Shown piece by piece: positions 63,592 through 64,000 of a stretch of 64,000 nucleotides of DNA. Position 1 is the first letter of the stretch; every line of letters begins with the position of its first letter. The notes beneath the pieces are model-generated. The model worked only from the letters and a program-made list of their open reading frames with translations. It was not told the DNA's origin and did not search any database. The position numbers and the translations under genes are program-made. The stretch comes from Vicinamibacterales bacterium (GTDB lineage Bacteria; Acidobacteriota; Vicinamibacteria; Vicinamibacterales; UBA8438): NCBI GenBank assembly GCA_965206285.1, contig OZ242205.1, positions 4,564,478 through 4,628,477 on the forward strand, read 5' to 3'.

Positions 63592-64000
63592 TCAGGGCAT
63601 CAGGCCCGCGACCCGGGTGCGAATCCGGTAGAGCCCGGTCTGCGCCGTCATGTAGAGAGTCGTGCCGTCGTTGCCGAACGCCGCGTTGGCGGGCTGCTCC
63701 CCGGGCCGCACGGTCCCGAGGTGATCCCCCTCCGGGCTGATGACCACGATGCCGCCGGGACCGCTCGCCCACAGGTTGCCGGAGGTATCGACCGCGAAGC
63801 CGTCGGGCACGCCGGCGTCGGCGCTGTCCGTCAGGTCGAGGAGCACGCGACCCTCGCCGAGGCCGAGATCGTCGTTGACGGGATAGGCGATCCACTGCCG
63901 CGCGGCGCCGTCGGAGTTGGCCACGTACAGCGTGCGCTCGTCGGGTGAGAGCCCGATGCCGTTGGGCCGGGTCTGTCCGTCGGCCAGGAGGCGGACGGCG
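63592..64000 (-). CDS. SMP-30/gluconolactonase/LRE family protein, C-terminal part; the gene runs off the right edge
   Basis: ..PNGIGLSPDERTLYVANSDGAARQWIAYPV..VPDGFAVDTSGNLWASGPGGIVVISPEGDHLGTV..PANAAFGNDGTTLYMTA.. The frame stays open to the window end. Confidence 0.75.
   Translation of the reverse strand, partial: AVRLLADGQTRPNGIGLSPDERTLYVANSDGAARQWIAYPVNDDLGLGEGRVLLDLTDSADAGVPDGFAVDTSGNLWASGPGGIVVISPEGDHLGTVRPGEQPANAAFGNDGTTLYMTAQTGLYRIRTRVAGLMP

Overview
Very GC-rich bacterial chromosomal window (about 70% G+C by eye, not computed), densely coding. Most long ORFs in the six-frame track are antisense or off-frame shadows. I chose one frame per locus from recognisable protein motifs, and I fixed starts by arithmetic on the ORF-track coordinates. 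Phylum cannot be determined from this sequence alone.

Left to right:
- SSF symporter (partial) and an S58 peptidase
- secreted haem-c / Cu-monooxygenase-like protein
- B12-radical-SAM enzyme
- Uma2 nuclease
- S9 (DPP-IV-like) and M49 (DPP-III-like) peptidases
- bshA and a large secreted PIG-L protein
- ECF sigma / anti-sigma pair
- PlsC-type acyltransferase, then a methyltransferase
- a PIN/Phd toxin-antitoxin pair
- a histidine operon, hisI-G-D-B-H-F-A on the minus strand, with a promoter / mini-ORF / terminator leader
- cytochrome b plus Mo-oxidoreductase pair
- a twice-frameshifted DUF5916-type gene
- ybdK, a repeat-flanked hypothetical gene and an SDR
- an accessory island at 36.4-44.5 kb (described below)
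- modE-like regulator and modABC
- yefM/parE and a SecA-like fragment
- TauD-like dioxygenase, esterase, anion permease, sixA, PLP decarboxylase
- an OsmC-like gene with an in-frame UGA, then a DUF255 thioredoxin-like protein
- transketolase and a methyltransferase
- sorAB-like sulfite dehydrogenase
- an uncalled SelW-like CxxU selenoprotein gene
- vapBC and SMP-30 (partial)

The accessory island holds a PIN remnant, vapBC and an eroded BREX type 2 (Pgl-like) locus:
- brxHI is frameshifted and brxD is intact.
- There are two pglY 5-prime fragments, one pglX 3-prime fragment and an IS256 scar.
- Two diverged MNT/HEPN modules, one split and one a single-chain fusion, sit directly on the pglY starts.

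No rRNA, tRNA or CRISPR array was seen.

Non-genic highlights:
- a dispersed MITE/REP-like repeat family in at least eight intergenic sites
- a 13-14 nt periodic CTTGT array
- a 2 x 68 bp tandem repeat
- a 28-bp perfect palindrome at the mod promoter
- the only strong intrinsic terminator in the window, inside the his leader

The best candidates for something new are the MNT/HEPN-pglY association and the two UGA-containing redox genes.
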